Below are positions 18,716 to 28,198 of a DNA stretch of 54,138 bases, piece after piece. How positions within the stretch are numbered: the first letter of the stretch is position 1; every line of letters begins with the position of its first letter. A model generated the notes under the pieces. It had not been told where the DNA came from and did not search any database. It saw nothing but the letters and a program-made list of their open reading frames with translations. A program made the position numbers and the translations under genes. Source of the DNA: Deltaproteobacteria bacterium (GTDB taxonomy: Bacteria > JAMCPX01). Where the stretch lies: NCBI GenBank assembly GCA_023381995.1, contig JAMCVD010000112.1, positions 1 through 54,138 of the forward strand, written 5' to 3'.

Positions 18716-19945
18716 ATGGGAAAATTGATTTCACCGCACGGTTCTACGGTATTGAAACCCCTTCTGCTGGAAGGGAAGGCACGGGGGGAAGAGCTTAAGA
18801 AGGCCCAGGACCTGCCCAAGGTAAAGATGACGAGCAGGGAAACGTCCGATCTTATTATGCTTGGTATAGGGGCGTTTACCCCTCTTGAAGGATTTATGGG
18901 ACACGACGACTGGAAAGGCGTATGTGCAGAATATAAGACGAAAGATGGATTGTTCTGGCCTATTCCAATAACCCTTTCGGCACAAAAGTCTGTTGCTGAT
19001 GGTCTGAAGGGCGGCTCCGAGGTAGCCCTTGTCGACGATGAGACGTCCGAGATCATGGGGACGATGAAAATAAAGGAAAAATACTCCATTGATAAGGCCT
19101 ATGAATGCAAGGAGATTTTCAGGACAAACGACACAGAGCACCCCGGCGTTGCAAAGGTCATGGCGCAGGCGGAGGTAAACCTTGCCGGGCCGGTGAAGGT
19201 ATTGAGCGAGGGCTATTATCCGAAACAGTTTAGCGACATATATATGAGACCGGCCGAGAGCCGAAAGCGCTTTGAAGAGAAGGGATGGAAGACGATAGCG
19301 GCCCTCCAGTTGAGGAACCCTATGCACAGATCCCACGAATATCTCGCAAAGATAGCGATCGAGGTCGTTGACGGTGTGTTTATTCACCAGCTCGTCGGAA
19401 AGCTCAAAGAAGGAGATATACCGGCAGATGTAAGAACAAAATGTATCAATGTGCTCGTTGACAAATACTTTGTGAAGAACACCGTTTTGATGGGCGGATA
19501 TCCCATGGAGATGCGGTACGCCGGCCCTCGCGAGGCGCTGCTGCACGGCGTCTTCAGACAGAACTTCGGATGCACGCATCTTATCGTGGGCAGGGACCAT
19601 GCGGGTGTCGGCAGCTACTATGGGCCGTTCGACGCCCAGAAGATATTCGACGAGATACCCAAAGACGCACTGGAACTCAAGCCGTTCAAGATCGACTGGA
19701 CATTCTACTGCTACAAGTGCAGAGGCATGGCTTCGACAAGGACATGTCCGCACGGCAAGGAGGACAGGCTCCTCTTGAGCGGAACAGCACTGCGTAAGTC
19801 ATTGTCGGAAGGGAAGCCGGTGTCGGAGGACTTCAGCAGGCCCGAGGTCCTGGAGATACTGAAGGACTATTATGCGCACCTCGAGCACAAGGTGGAGATC
19901 AAGACACACGCTGCGTCCGAGGGTATAGGGATGGAGAAGAAATAA
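18716..19945 (+). CDS. sat: Sulfate adenylyltransferase (dissimilatory type)
   Basis: [39 protein letters not shown] and [10 protein letters not shown]. Confidence 0.97.
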   Translation: MGKLISPHGSTVLKPLLLEGKARGEELKKAQDLPKVKMTSRETSDLIMLGIGAFTPLEGFMGHDDWKGVCAEYKTKDGLFWPIPITLSAQKSVADGLKGGSEVALVDDETSEIMGTMKIKEKYSIDKAYECKEIFRTNDTEHPGVAKVMAQAEVNLAGPVKVLSEGYYPKQFSDIYMRPAESRKRFEEKGWKTIAALQLRNPMHRSHEYLAKIAIEVVDGVFIHQLVGKLKEGDIPADVRTKCINVLVDKYFVKNTVLMGGYPMEMRYAGPREALLHGVFRQNFGCTHLIVGRDHAGVGSYYGPFDAQKIFDEIPKDALELKPFKIDWTFYCYKCRGMASTRTCPHGKEDRLLLSGTALRKSLSEGKPVSEDFSRPEVLEILKDYYAHLEHKVEIKTHAASEGIGMEKK

Positions 19946-19971
19946 AAGTAAAAATAAAAGGAGGTCAATGT

Positions 19972-20415
19972 ATGCCAAGTTATGTAATAACGGAAAAATG
20001 CGACGGTTGCAAGGCACTCAAGACAACAGCATGTCAGTACATATGTCCGAATGACCTTATGGTTTTGGACAAAGAAAAGATGAAGGCCTACAACAGGGAG
20101 CCGGAAATGTGCTGGGAATGTTACTCATGCGTAAAGATGTGCCCACAGCAGGCAATCGACGTGAGAGGGTACGCGGACTTTGTACCGCTGGGGGCCAGTG
20201 TAACGCCTATGCGGGGTTCGGACAATATCATGTGGACAGTAAAATTCCGTAACGGAACAATCAAGAGGTTCAAATTCCCGATCAGGACAACTGCTGTAGG
20301 GGAAGCCAAGCCATATGCGGAATATAAGCCTGGTACGGACGATCTGAGAAGCCCCTTGCTCGCAACGGAGCCTGATTCATTGGGTCTATCTCAGCTCTCG
20401 GTACCGAAGAAATAA
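19972..20415 (+). CDS. aprB: Adenylylsulfate reductase beta subunit
   Basis: CDGCK..ACQYICP and CWECYSCVKMCP Fe-S motifs, RGYADF and KFRNG..KRFKFPIRTT. Confidence 0.97.
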   Translation: MPSYVITEKCDGCKALKTTACQYICPNDLMVLDKEKMKAYNREPEMCWECYSCVKMCPQQAIDVRGYADFVPLGASVTPMRGSDNIMWTVKFRNGTIKRFKFPIRTTAVGEAKPYAEYKPGTDDLRSPLLATEPDSLGLSQLSVPKK

Positions 20416-20425
20416 GGAGGAAGGT

Positions 20426-22312
20426 ATGGATAACTTTGAAACGGTGGAAGTAAATACGGATCTTTTGATCGTTGGCGGCGGTATGGCTGCGTGCGGTGCG
20501 GCTGTTGAGGCGTCTTACTGGGCAAAGAAGAACGGTCTGAAAGTGACCCTTGTGGACAAGGCGGCAATGGAGAGGAGCGGAGCGGTCGCAATGGGACTTT
20601 CTGCCATAAACACGTACATCGGTATAAAGGACGGAGCAAACACGCCCGAGGACTTTGTCAAGTATGTAAGGAACGATCAGATGGGCACCGTACGGGAAGA
20701 CCTTGTCTACGATATAGCTCGTCATGTCGACTCGACGGTCCACCTCTTTGAAAAATGGGGCTTGCCCATATGGAAAGACGAGAAGGGAAACTACATTCAC
20801 GAGGGCAGGTGGCAGATCATGATAAACGGCGAGTCTTACAAGGTCATAGTGGCAGAGGCAGCAAAGAATGCGCTCGGTATGGACAACATCTACGAGAGGG
20901 TATTCATAGTAAACCTGCTCAGGGACGAGAAAGACCCCAACAAGATAGCAGGGGCCGTGGGATTCAGCGTAAGGGAAAACAAGTTCTACGTATTCAAGGC
21001 GAAGGCCGTCATCGTCGCAGCAGGCGGAGCGGTCCATATATTCAGACCGAGGTCGACGGGCGAAGGACTCGGAAGGGCATGGTACCCCCCATGGAACTCC
21101 GGCTCCAGCTATGCGACAATGCTGCAGGCCGGTGCCGAAATGACGCAGATGGAGAGCAGGTTCATTCCTACACGGTTTAAGGACGGATACGGTCCCGTAG
21201 GCGCATGGTTCCTTCTCTTCAAGTCCAGGGCTACAAACGCATTCGGAGAAGACTATTTGCAGACACAGGCAGAGGAGATCAAGAAATGGGAGCCCTATGC
21301 GAGTGCAAAACCCGTCCCGACACCGCTGCGTAACCATCAGATGATCAAAGAGCTCAGCGAAGGCAGGGGCCCTGTTTATATGAGAACAGAGGAGGCGATA
21401 AAAAAGATAACGGATACGACGCCCGGTACCGACAAAGACAAGAAGAAGAGGCTGAAGGAGCTCGAGTCGGAGGCATGGGAAGACTTCCTTGACATGACGA
21501 TAACCCAGGCAGGCCTGTGGGCATCGCAGAACATAGCACCCGAGGAAAAGCCGTCAGAGATTATGGCCTCGGAGCCATACTTTATCGGCTCGCACGCATC
21601 TTGCGCAGGTGCATGGGTCAGCGGCCCTGCCGATATTGCGCCGAAAGAGTACACGTGGGGCTATAACCGTATGAGCACGGTACAGGGGCTGTTTACGGCG
21701 GGTGACGGCGTGGGGGCATCGGCCCATAAGTTCTCCTCGGGCTCATGCACAGAAGGCAGGATAGCCGGCAAGTCCGCGATAGCCTATATAAAGGACCACC
21801 CCGGGTCCCCGAGCGTGGCCCCGAAGGAGATAGACGCTTTGAAAGAGCGGACGTATAAACCGCTGAAGACTTTCGAACAGTTCAAGGGCCTCTCGAGCGA
21901 TTCAAACATCAATCCCAACTATATAAGGCCGAAGATGTTCCTGTTCAGGCTGAACAAGATTATGGATGAGTATGTAGGCGGGACATCGATGTGGTATACG
22001 ACCAACAAGCCCATGCTTGAAAGGGGGCTCGAGTTGCTGACCTTCCTTAAGGAAGACTCGGAAAAGCTTGGAGCAGAGAACCTCCACGAGCTCATGAGGG
22101 CGTGGGAGAACTACCACAGGCTCTGGACGGCGGAGGTCCATTTAAGGCATGTGATGTTCAGGGAAGAGACAAGGTATCCGGGGTATCTGTACAGGTCCGA
22201 CTTCCCCAAGATCGATGAAGCGAACTGGAAGGTGTTCGTGAACTCGAGGTGGGACCCCCAGACCGGCAACTGGCAGATGTCGAAGAAACCGGTAATAAAG
22301 ATAGTAGAGTAA
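20426..22312 (+). CDS. aprA: Adenylylsulfate reductase alpha subunit
   Basis: GGGMAACG, RSGAVAMGLSAINTY, WQIMINGESYK, GRAWYPPWN, RFKDGYGPVGAWFL and HKFSSGS. Confidence 0.98.
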   Translation: MDNFETVEVNTDLLIVGGGMAACGAAVEASYWAKKNGLKVTLVDKAAMERSGAVAMGLSAINTYIGIKDGANTPEDFVKYVRNDQMGTVREDLVYDIARHVDSTVHLFEKWGLPIWKDEKGNYIHEGRWQIMINGESYKVIVAEAAKNALGMDNIYERVFIVNLLRDEKDPNKIAGAVGFSVRENKFYVFKAKAVIVAAGGAVHIFRPRSTGEGLGRAWYPPWNSGSSYATMLQAGAEMTQMESRFIPTRFKDGYGPVGAWFLLFKSRATNAFGEDYLQTQAEEIKKWEPYASAKPVPTPLRNHQMIKELSEGRGPVYMRTEEAIKKITDTTPGTDKDKKKRLKELESEAWEDFLDMTITQAGLWASQNIAPEEKPSEIMASEPYFIGSHASCAGAWVSGPADIAPKEYTWGYNRMSTVQGLFTAGDGVGASAHKFSSGSCTEGRIAGKSAIAYIKDHPGSPSVAPKEIDALKERTYKPLKTFEQFKGLSSDSNINPNYIRPKMFLFRLNKIMDEYVGGTSMWYTTNKPMLERGLELLTFLKEDSEKLGAENLHELMRAWENYHRLWTAEVHLRHVMFREETRYPGYLYRSDFPKIDEANWKVFVNSRWDPQTGNWQMSKKPVIKIVE

Positions 22313-22320
22313 AATTTTCC

Positions 22321-22349
22321 ATGCAGAAGCGGACACGCCGCTTCTGCAT
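22321..22349. terminator. Stem-loop between aprA and qmoA (terminator or mRNA stabiliser)
   Basis: ATGCAGAAGCGG-acacg-CCGCTTCTGCAT, a perfect 12-bp stem with no clear U-tract on the + strand. Confidence 0.55.
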
Positions 22350-22378
22350 AATAAAAAAGCTATAGATAGCAGGTGCGT

Positions 22379-23644
22379 ATGGCAACGAGTATTGGCAATA
22401 GAAGTGTGTGCGTCATCGGCGGAGGAATCAGCGGGATGACAACGGCCATAGAAGCTGCAGAAGTAGGCTATGAGGTATACCTCATAGAGAAGGCCCCCTC
22501 GCTCGGAGGCAGGGTGGTCCAAATGAATCAATATTTCCCGAAGCTTTGTCCTCCGCAGTGCGGCGTGGAGATCAACTACAGGAGAATACGGGTAAATCCC
22601 AGAATACGACACTTTACGCTTGCAGAGGTTGAGGGCGTCTCCGGCATACCGGGCAATTTTGATGTAACGGTACGGATGGGACCGAGGTATGTTAATGAAA
22701 AGTGCACTTCGTGCAACAAATGTACGGACGCCTGTCCTGTCGAGAGGCAGAGCGACTACGATTATGGTATGGGGAAAACAAAGGCCATCTATCTGCCGCA
22801 CGAGATGGCCTTCCCCATGAGGTACGTCATTGACGATACGGTTTGCTTGAAGGAGCAGTGTTCGAAATGCGTGGCAGCATGCAGGTACGATGCGATTGAG
22901 CTTTCCATGAAGCCAAAGTCTCTTACCATCAACGTCGGCTCCGTTGTCCTGGCAACAGGATGGTCGCCTTACCATGCGATCAAGATAGATAATCTCAAAT
23001 TCGGCATCTATAGGAATGTTATAAGAAACGTCGAAATGGAAAGGCTTGCTGCACCGAACGGACCCACAAAAGGGAAGATACTAAGTCCATCCGACAAAAA
23101 GGAGATCAAGAGCATCGCTTTTGTCCAGTGCGCAGGCTCGAGGGATGAAAACCATCTGGCCTACTGCTCATCCGTTTGCTGTCTCGCGTCGATGAAGCAA
23201 GCTACCTATGTGAGGAGCCAGTATCCGGATGCGGACATATTTATATTCTATATCGATATAAGGGCGACCGGCCGGTTCGAGGACTTCTATGTAAAGCTCC
23301 AGACCGACAGGAAAATATCGTTTATAAAGGGGAAGGTCGCAAAGATAATCGAGGACGAGGGTACGAAGGCACTCACGGTCGTGGCCGAGGATATCCTTTC
23401 TGGGAAAAAGGTCTACAGAAAGGTTGATATGGTGGTACTGGCGACGGGTATGGTGCCGAACGGCATAAAGGCAAAGATGCCGGCTGACATTGTTTACGAT
23501 GAGTTTGGCTTCGCTGTATCAGACCTTCAATCGCCGGGAATCTATGTGACGGGCTGTACAAAGAAGCCAGCAGACGTAGCAAGTTGTATTCAGGACGCAA
23601 CAGGAACAGCGCTGAAAGCGATTCAGACGATCGTGGGGGTATAA
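22379..23644 (+). CDS. qmoA: QmoA (HdrA-like flavoprotein)
   Basis: GGGISG FAD motif, YFPKLCPPQCG, ferredoxin cysteines and QCAGSRDENHLAYCSSVCC; it follows aprA. Confidence 0.93.
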   Translation: MATSIGNRSVCVIGGGISGMTTAIEAAEVGYEVYLIEKAPSLGGRVVQMNQYFPKLCPPQCGVEINYRRIRVNPRIRHFTLAEVEGVSGIPGNFDVTVRMGPRYVNEKCTSCNKCTDACPVERQSDYDYGMGKTKAIYLPHEMAFPMRYVIDDTVCLKEQCSKCVAACRYDAIELSMKPKSLTINVGSVVLATGWSPYHAIKIDNLKFGIYRNVIRNVEMERLAAPNGPTKGKILSPSDKKEIKSIAFVQCAGSRDENHLAYCSSVCCLASMKQATYVRSQYPDADIFIFYIDIRATGRFEDFYVKLQTDRKISFIKGKVAKIIEDEGTKALTVVAEDILSGKKVYRKVDMVVLATGMVPNGIKAKMPADIVYDEFGFAVSDLQSPGIYVTGCTKKPADVASCIQDATGTALKAIQTIVGV

Positions 23645-23648
23645 AGCC

Positions 23649-25793
23649 GTGGACAAAATATTGGGTATATATATATGTTCAGGCTGTGATATTGGTGATT
23701 CGGTTGATGTAGATCGACTTCTGACCGTTGCTAAAGAAGAACAAAAAATACCGATTTGTATTAAACATTCAAATCTGTGTAATGCAGAAGGCGTGGAGCT
23801 TATAAAAAAAGACATTAAAGAACAGGGTGTAAACGCGGTTGTCGTTTCCGCCTGTTCTCCAAGGGTTCACTTCGATACATTTTCTTTTGGCCCATCCGTC
23901 TACGTAGAAAGGGTTAATCTGAGGGAACATGTTGCCTGGTCGCATGTACCCAAAGATGAGGACACCCAGATGCTTGCAGAAGACTACGTAAGGATGGGGA
24001 TTACAAAGGCCAAGAAAGCAAGCCCGCCTAAACCGTATATAGAGAATATTAACAAAACGCTCCTTGTTATTGGCGGAGGCATAAGCGGCATGACATCGGC
24101 TATTGAGTCTGCAAAGGCAGGATATAAGGTCATACTCGTGGAAAAAAGCCCCGTACTCGGAGGCTGGATGCGCAGATGGTACAGGCAGCTCCCACAAAAA
24201 CCTCCGTATAAAGGATTACAGGATGTTGATATAGAAAACACGATCGATGAAGTAAAAAAACATCCTGACATTAAACTTCTCACTTCTGCCGAGATAGAGA
24301 ATATAGCAGGACAGCCAGGCATGTTTGATGTATCGATAAAACAAGGCGGTAAGACCATAGTTGAAAGAGCGGGTTCGATAGTTGTATCGACTGGCTGGAA
24401 GCCCTACGATGCCGGTAAGGTCGACGGCCTTGGCTTTGGCAAGTATCCGAATGTGGTTAACAATATAACAATGGAAGATATAGCTGTCCAGGGTAAGGGG
24501 AAGATTAAGCGTCCGTCGGATAATAAAGATGTAAAATCTGTTGTGTTTGTGCAATGCGTAGGCTCAAGGGACAAGGACCATCTTCCCTATTGTTCCTCTG
24601 TATGCTGTCTTGTGTCTTTGAAACAGGCATCATACATAAGGAGCAGTAACCCGGCTGCGAAAGTTTACATAATTTATAAAGACATGCGTACCCCTGGACA
24701 ATACGAAAATTTCTATAAAGATACGCAGGCGGATGATGGGATATTCCTTACCAAGGGAGATGTTTTTTTACTTCATCGATCGTCGGATAAATCTCTTACC
24801 GTTGAAGTAAAAAATACATTACTCGGTGAAGATATAAGTATAAAGGCGGACATGGTCGTACTTGCAACGGGTATGGTGCCTGCTACAGATTCGAGTATAT
24901 TAAACCTTCGATACAGGCAGGGCAAGGAATTACCAATGCTGAAGTATGGGTTTCCGGATTCCAACTTTATATGTTTCCCGTACGAGACCCAGAGAACAGC
25001 TATATACGCGGCCGGGTGTGTGAGACAGCCGGCTGAGAGCAAAACATGCAAGGATGATGCGACGGGAGCGGCATTGAAAGCAATCCAGGCTGTGGAACTT
25101 GAATCCATAGGCTCTGCTGTTCATCCGAGGGCCGGAGACCTTTCATACCCGATATTCTTTATGCAAAAATGTACACAGTGCAAAAGATGTACCGAGGAAT
25201 GTCCATTTGGAGCGCTTGATGAGGATGAGAAAGGTTCACCAAAACCAAATCCAAACAGGTGCAGAAGATGTGGTGTTTGTATGGGTGCATGTCCTGAGAG
25301 GATTGTTTCATTCGAGAACTATTCGGTGGATATTGTGTCTTCGATGCTTAAATCTATAGAGGTACCCGGTGAAGAAGAAGAAAAACTCAGAATACTTGTA
25401 CTCGCATGCGAGAACGATGCTTACCCGGCTTTTGATATAGCTGGTATAAACCGTACCGTATTCAATCCCAAGGTGAGGATTATACCGGTACGGTGTCTTG
25501 GCTCCGTCAATATCGTATGGATAGCGGATGCGCTTTCGAGGGGCATAGATGGCATCATGCTCATAGGATGCAAGTACGGAGAGGACTACCAGTGCCATTT
25601 TATAAAAGGGAGCGAGCTTGCCAACAGAAGGATGGAAAATCTTAAAGAGGTGCTGCAGAGGCTTGTGCTCGAGCCTGAAAGGGTGCAAGTGCTTCAACTC
25701 GCTATCTCGGACTACGACAATATACCGGGGATTATGGACGACTTTATGGCGAAGGTCACCGAGCTCGGGCCGAATCCGTACAAGAGTTTTTGA
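23649..25793 (+). CDS. qmoB: QmoB (HdrA-like with C-terminal MvhD domain)
   Basis: YICSGC, ACSPR, NLREH, SNFICFPYETQR, two CxxCxxC..CP motifs, CENDAYPA, IPVRCLGS and GCKYGEDYQCHF. Confidence 0.95.
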   Translation: MDKILGIYICSGCDIGDSVDVDRLLTVAKEEQKIPICIKHSNLCNAEGVELIKKDIKEQGVNAVVVSACSPRVHFDTFSFGPSVYVERVNLREHVAWSHVPKDEDTQMLAEDYVRMGITKAKKASPPKPYIENINKTLLVIGGGISGMTSAIESAKAGYKVILVEKSPVLGGWMRRWYRQLPQKPPYKGLQDVDIENTIDEVKKHPDIKLLTSAEIENIAGQPGMFDVSIKQGGKTIVERAGSIVVSTGWKPYDAGKVDGLGFGKYPNVVNNITMEDIAVQGKGKIKRPSDNKDVKSVVFVQCVGSRDKDHLPYCSSVCCLVSLKQASYIRSSNPAAKVYIIYKDMRTPGQYENFYKDTQADDGIFLTKGDVFLLHRSSDKSLTVEVKNTLLGEDISIKADMVVLATGMVPATDSSILNLRYRQGKELPMLKYGFPDSNFICFPYETQRTAIYAAGCVRQPAESKTCKDDATGAALKAIQAVELESIGSAVHPRAGDLSYPIFFMQKCTQCKRCTEECPFGALDEDEKGSPKPNPNRCRRCGVCMGACPERIVSFENYSVDIVSSMLKSIEVPGEEEEKLRILVLACENDAYPAFDIAGINRTVFNPKVRIIPVRCLGSVNIVWIADALSRGIDGIMLIGCKYGEDYQCHFIKGSELANRRMENLKEVLQRLVLEPERVQVLQLAISDYDNIPGIMDDFMAKVTELGPNPYKSF

Positions 25794-25804
25794 AGAGGTG
25801 ATGT

Positions 25805-26968
25805 ATGGCTGACAATTTGGTAGAAAGCGACATCGAATTTGTAAGGGATGTCGCGAGGTTAGGAGGCGGTTCTTTGAAAAAATGCTTTCAATGCGCGACC
25901 TGTTCTGTCGTATGTTCACTGTCATCGGACGAAAAGCCCTTCCCGCGCAAAGAGATGATATGGGCACAGTGGGGATTGAAGGACAGGCTTCTTTCCGATC
26001 CCGATGTGTGGAGGTGTTATCAATGCGGAGATTGCTCGGTTTATTGTCCACGAGGGGCGAAGCCCGGGGAGGTGATGGGCGCCATACGAAACTATAGCTT
26101 TAAAAGTTATGCGTTCCCCCGGTTCATGGGCAGGCTTTTGAGCAGTCCAAGGTATCTGCCGTTGCTCTTCGCGATACCGGGAGTATTGTTTTTGATTGTG
26201 CTCCAACACATGGAGGCCCTTTCCACCGTCCCGTCGGGCCCTATCGCTTTTACCAGGTTTGACAACTATGTCGATTTGATCTTTGTGACCGTAAGTATTC
26301 TGGTCCTTCTGGCAACAGGTACAGGGGTCTTGAAGTTCTGGAAAGGCATGGATCGGAACAATGTCCGCGGTGACGGGTACGGCAGGATCGGCATAGGCAG
26401 CAGCGTCTTCCTGGCGGCCAAAGAGGTCCTGACACACAATAACTTCAAAAAGTGTGACGCGAACAATATACGCTACCTAGGGCACCTTTCGATATTTTAC
26501 GGATTTGCAGCCCTTTTCATAGTCACATCGATTGTATTTATAGGGTTGCGTGTGTTCCATATGGACCTGCCCATGGACCAGACGAACCCGATAAAGGTAC
26601 TGGGGAACCTTGGAGCCGTTACACTTATTGCGGGTTGCTCTATAGCGGTCTATAACAGGCTCGGTAGAAAAGAGCAGTCGGGCGAGAGCCATTACTATGA
26701 CTGGTTTTTTCTGAGCGTCCTGTCTTTGATAGGGGTGACGGGGCTGCTCACGGAAGTTGTGAGGCTGTCGGGCAACGCCGCAGCAGCTTACTGGTCGTAC
26801 TTTGTTCATCTGGTGTTCGTTTTTTCCCTTATTGCATATTTCCCATATTCAAAGTTTGCACATCTTATTTATAGGTTTGTGGCGATCGTATATGCAAGGT
26901 ATGCAGGTCTGGACGAGCCTGCCGAAGAAATGGTATCGGGAAAGATGGGAACGAAGAGTGTCGCTTAG
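25805..26968 (+). CDS. qmoC: QmoC (HdrC-like Fe-S domain plus HdrE-like heme b membrane domain)
   Basis: KKCFQCATCSVVC, PFPRKEMIWAQWG and CYQCGDCSVYCPRGAKP, followed by TM helices with HL and YSKFAH. Confidence 0.95.
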   Translation: MADNLVESDIEFVRDVARLGGGSLKKCFQCATCSVVCSLSSDEKPFPRKEMIWAQWGLKDRLLSDPDVWRCYQCGDCSVYCPRGAKPGEVMGAIRNYSFKSYAFPRFMGRLLSSPRYLPLLFAIPGVLFLIVLQHMEALSTVPSGPIAFTRFDNYVDLIFVTVSILVLLATGTGVLKFWKGMDRNNVRGDGYGRIGIGSSVFLAAKEVLTHNNFKKCDANNIRYLGHLSIFYGFAALFIVTSIVFIGLRVFHMDLPMDQTNPIKVLGNLGAVTLIAGCSIAVYNRLGRKEQSGESHYYDWFFLSVLSLIGVTGLLTEVVRLSGNAAAAYWSYFVHLVFVFSLIAYFPYSKFAHLIYRFVAIVYARYAGLDEPAEEMVSGKMGTKSVA

Positions 26969-26995
26969 CCGGCGCACAGAACTGTCCTACAATAG

Positions 26996-27178
26996 ATGAA
27001 CGTCCTGAATTGGATAGCTCAGATATCGCAGAGTACGGTACCGGGCAAGATATTCGACGCCCGCTGGATTTATGTCGTATGCTCTGTTTTCGTTCCCGCG
27101 GCAATAGGGGCGTCCGTGACATTCATCATAATGGCCCTGGAAAAAATATTTCGGGTGCATGGAGGAGGAGGTCACTGA
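26996..27178 (+). CDS. Small single-TM membrane protein (60 aa)
   Basis: It fills the qmoC-TauE gap, has a hydrophobic segment WIYVVCSVFVPAAIGASVTFIIMAL, and ends 3 nt before the next start. Confidence 0.55.
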   Translation: MNVLNWIAQISQSTVPGKIFDARWIYVVCSVFVPAAIGASVTFIIMALEKIFRVHGGGGH

Positions 27179-27181
27179 ATT

Positions 27182-28141
27182 ATGCACAGCGTGTACCTGC
27201 CTGTTGCACACGTCTCTGTCAACCTGCTGTGGATGTTGTTTTTCGGATTTATTGTAGGCGGCATGGCAGGTTTTTTCGGTGTCGGCGGCGGCTTCCTCAT
27301 AACACCGATGCTGAATGCCATCTTCGGCGTACCCTATCCCATCGCGGTCGGGTCGAGCCTTTCCCTGCTCGTAGGTATAACGGTGGCCTCGACGATACGG
27401 CACAGCAAGTATGGCAATATAGACTATAAGCTTGGATTTATCATGGTTGTGGGTACCGCCCTCGGAGTAAATGCAGGAGCAAAGCTCCTGACGGGAATCA
27501 AGTACGTGCAGGGCCTTCTCTTGACGAACATGGGATACCACATCGATCTCATAGAGATCGTAATGAGCCTTTCTTATCTTGTCATGCTCAGCTTGATAGG
27601 CCTGTCCATATTCAGAGAGTCCCTTAAGGCGCTAAAGATGACCAGGGGAGTTGTAATGGGCACTCCGGTCTCCGGCGAGCCGGAGGCGTCCGCCGGTGTA
27701 AAGAGAATAAGGGCATTGAGGATTAAGCCGATCATCAGTTTCCCGGCGTCCGGCATCTCAGGCATTTCCGTATGGGTGATTACGGGGATCGCGTTCGCCG
27801 TAGGTGTGCTGAGCGGTTTTATGGGCATCGGAGGCGGATTTATAATGATGCCAGCGCTCATATATGTCATCGGGTGCCCGACGGTAATCGCTGTCGGGAC
27901 AAGCCTGTTTGGCATCTTTTTTACGGCCGCTTACGGTGCATTCACGTACTCTCTCGATGGCAATATAGATCTGGTACTGGTCATTCCCGTCCTGATCAGT
28001 TCCGCGATAGGCTCTGTCATAGGGGCGTCATTTACAAGGAAAGCAGGCGGTCCCAGTGTAAGGATGTTGTTTTCCCTGATCGCTTTTGTCGCAGTCATAA
28101 TTGTGGCTGTCAAACTCTGTGCAACCCTGCTGTATGGCTGA
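27182..28141 (+). CDS. TauE/SafE (TSUP) family sulfite exporter / sulfur-compound permease
   Basis: Duplicated GFFGVGGGFLITP / GFMGIGGGFIMMP and AVGSSL / AVGTSL motifs; multiple TM helices. Confidence 0.92.
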   Translation: MHSVYLPVAHVSVNLLWMLFFGFIVGGMAGFFGVGGGFLITPMLNAIFGVPYPIAVGSSLSLLVGITVASTIRHSKYGNIDYKLGFIMVVGTALGVNAGAKLLTGIKYVQGLLLTNMGYHIDLIEIVMSLSYLVMLSLIGLSIFRESLKALKMTRGVVMGTPVSGEPEASAGVKRIRALRIKPIISFPASGISGISVWVITGIAFAVGVLSGFMGIGGGFIMMPALIYVIGCPTVIAVGTSLFGIFFTAAYGAFTYSLDGNIDLVLVIPVLISSAIGSVIGASFTRKAGGPSVRMLFSLIAFVAVIIVAVKLCATLLYG

Positions 28142-28198
28142 TTCTCCCTTTAACTATTTGCTTTACTGTTGTATGATGGTACAAAAACAGAGGTTTGC

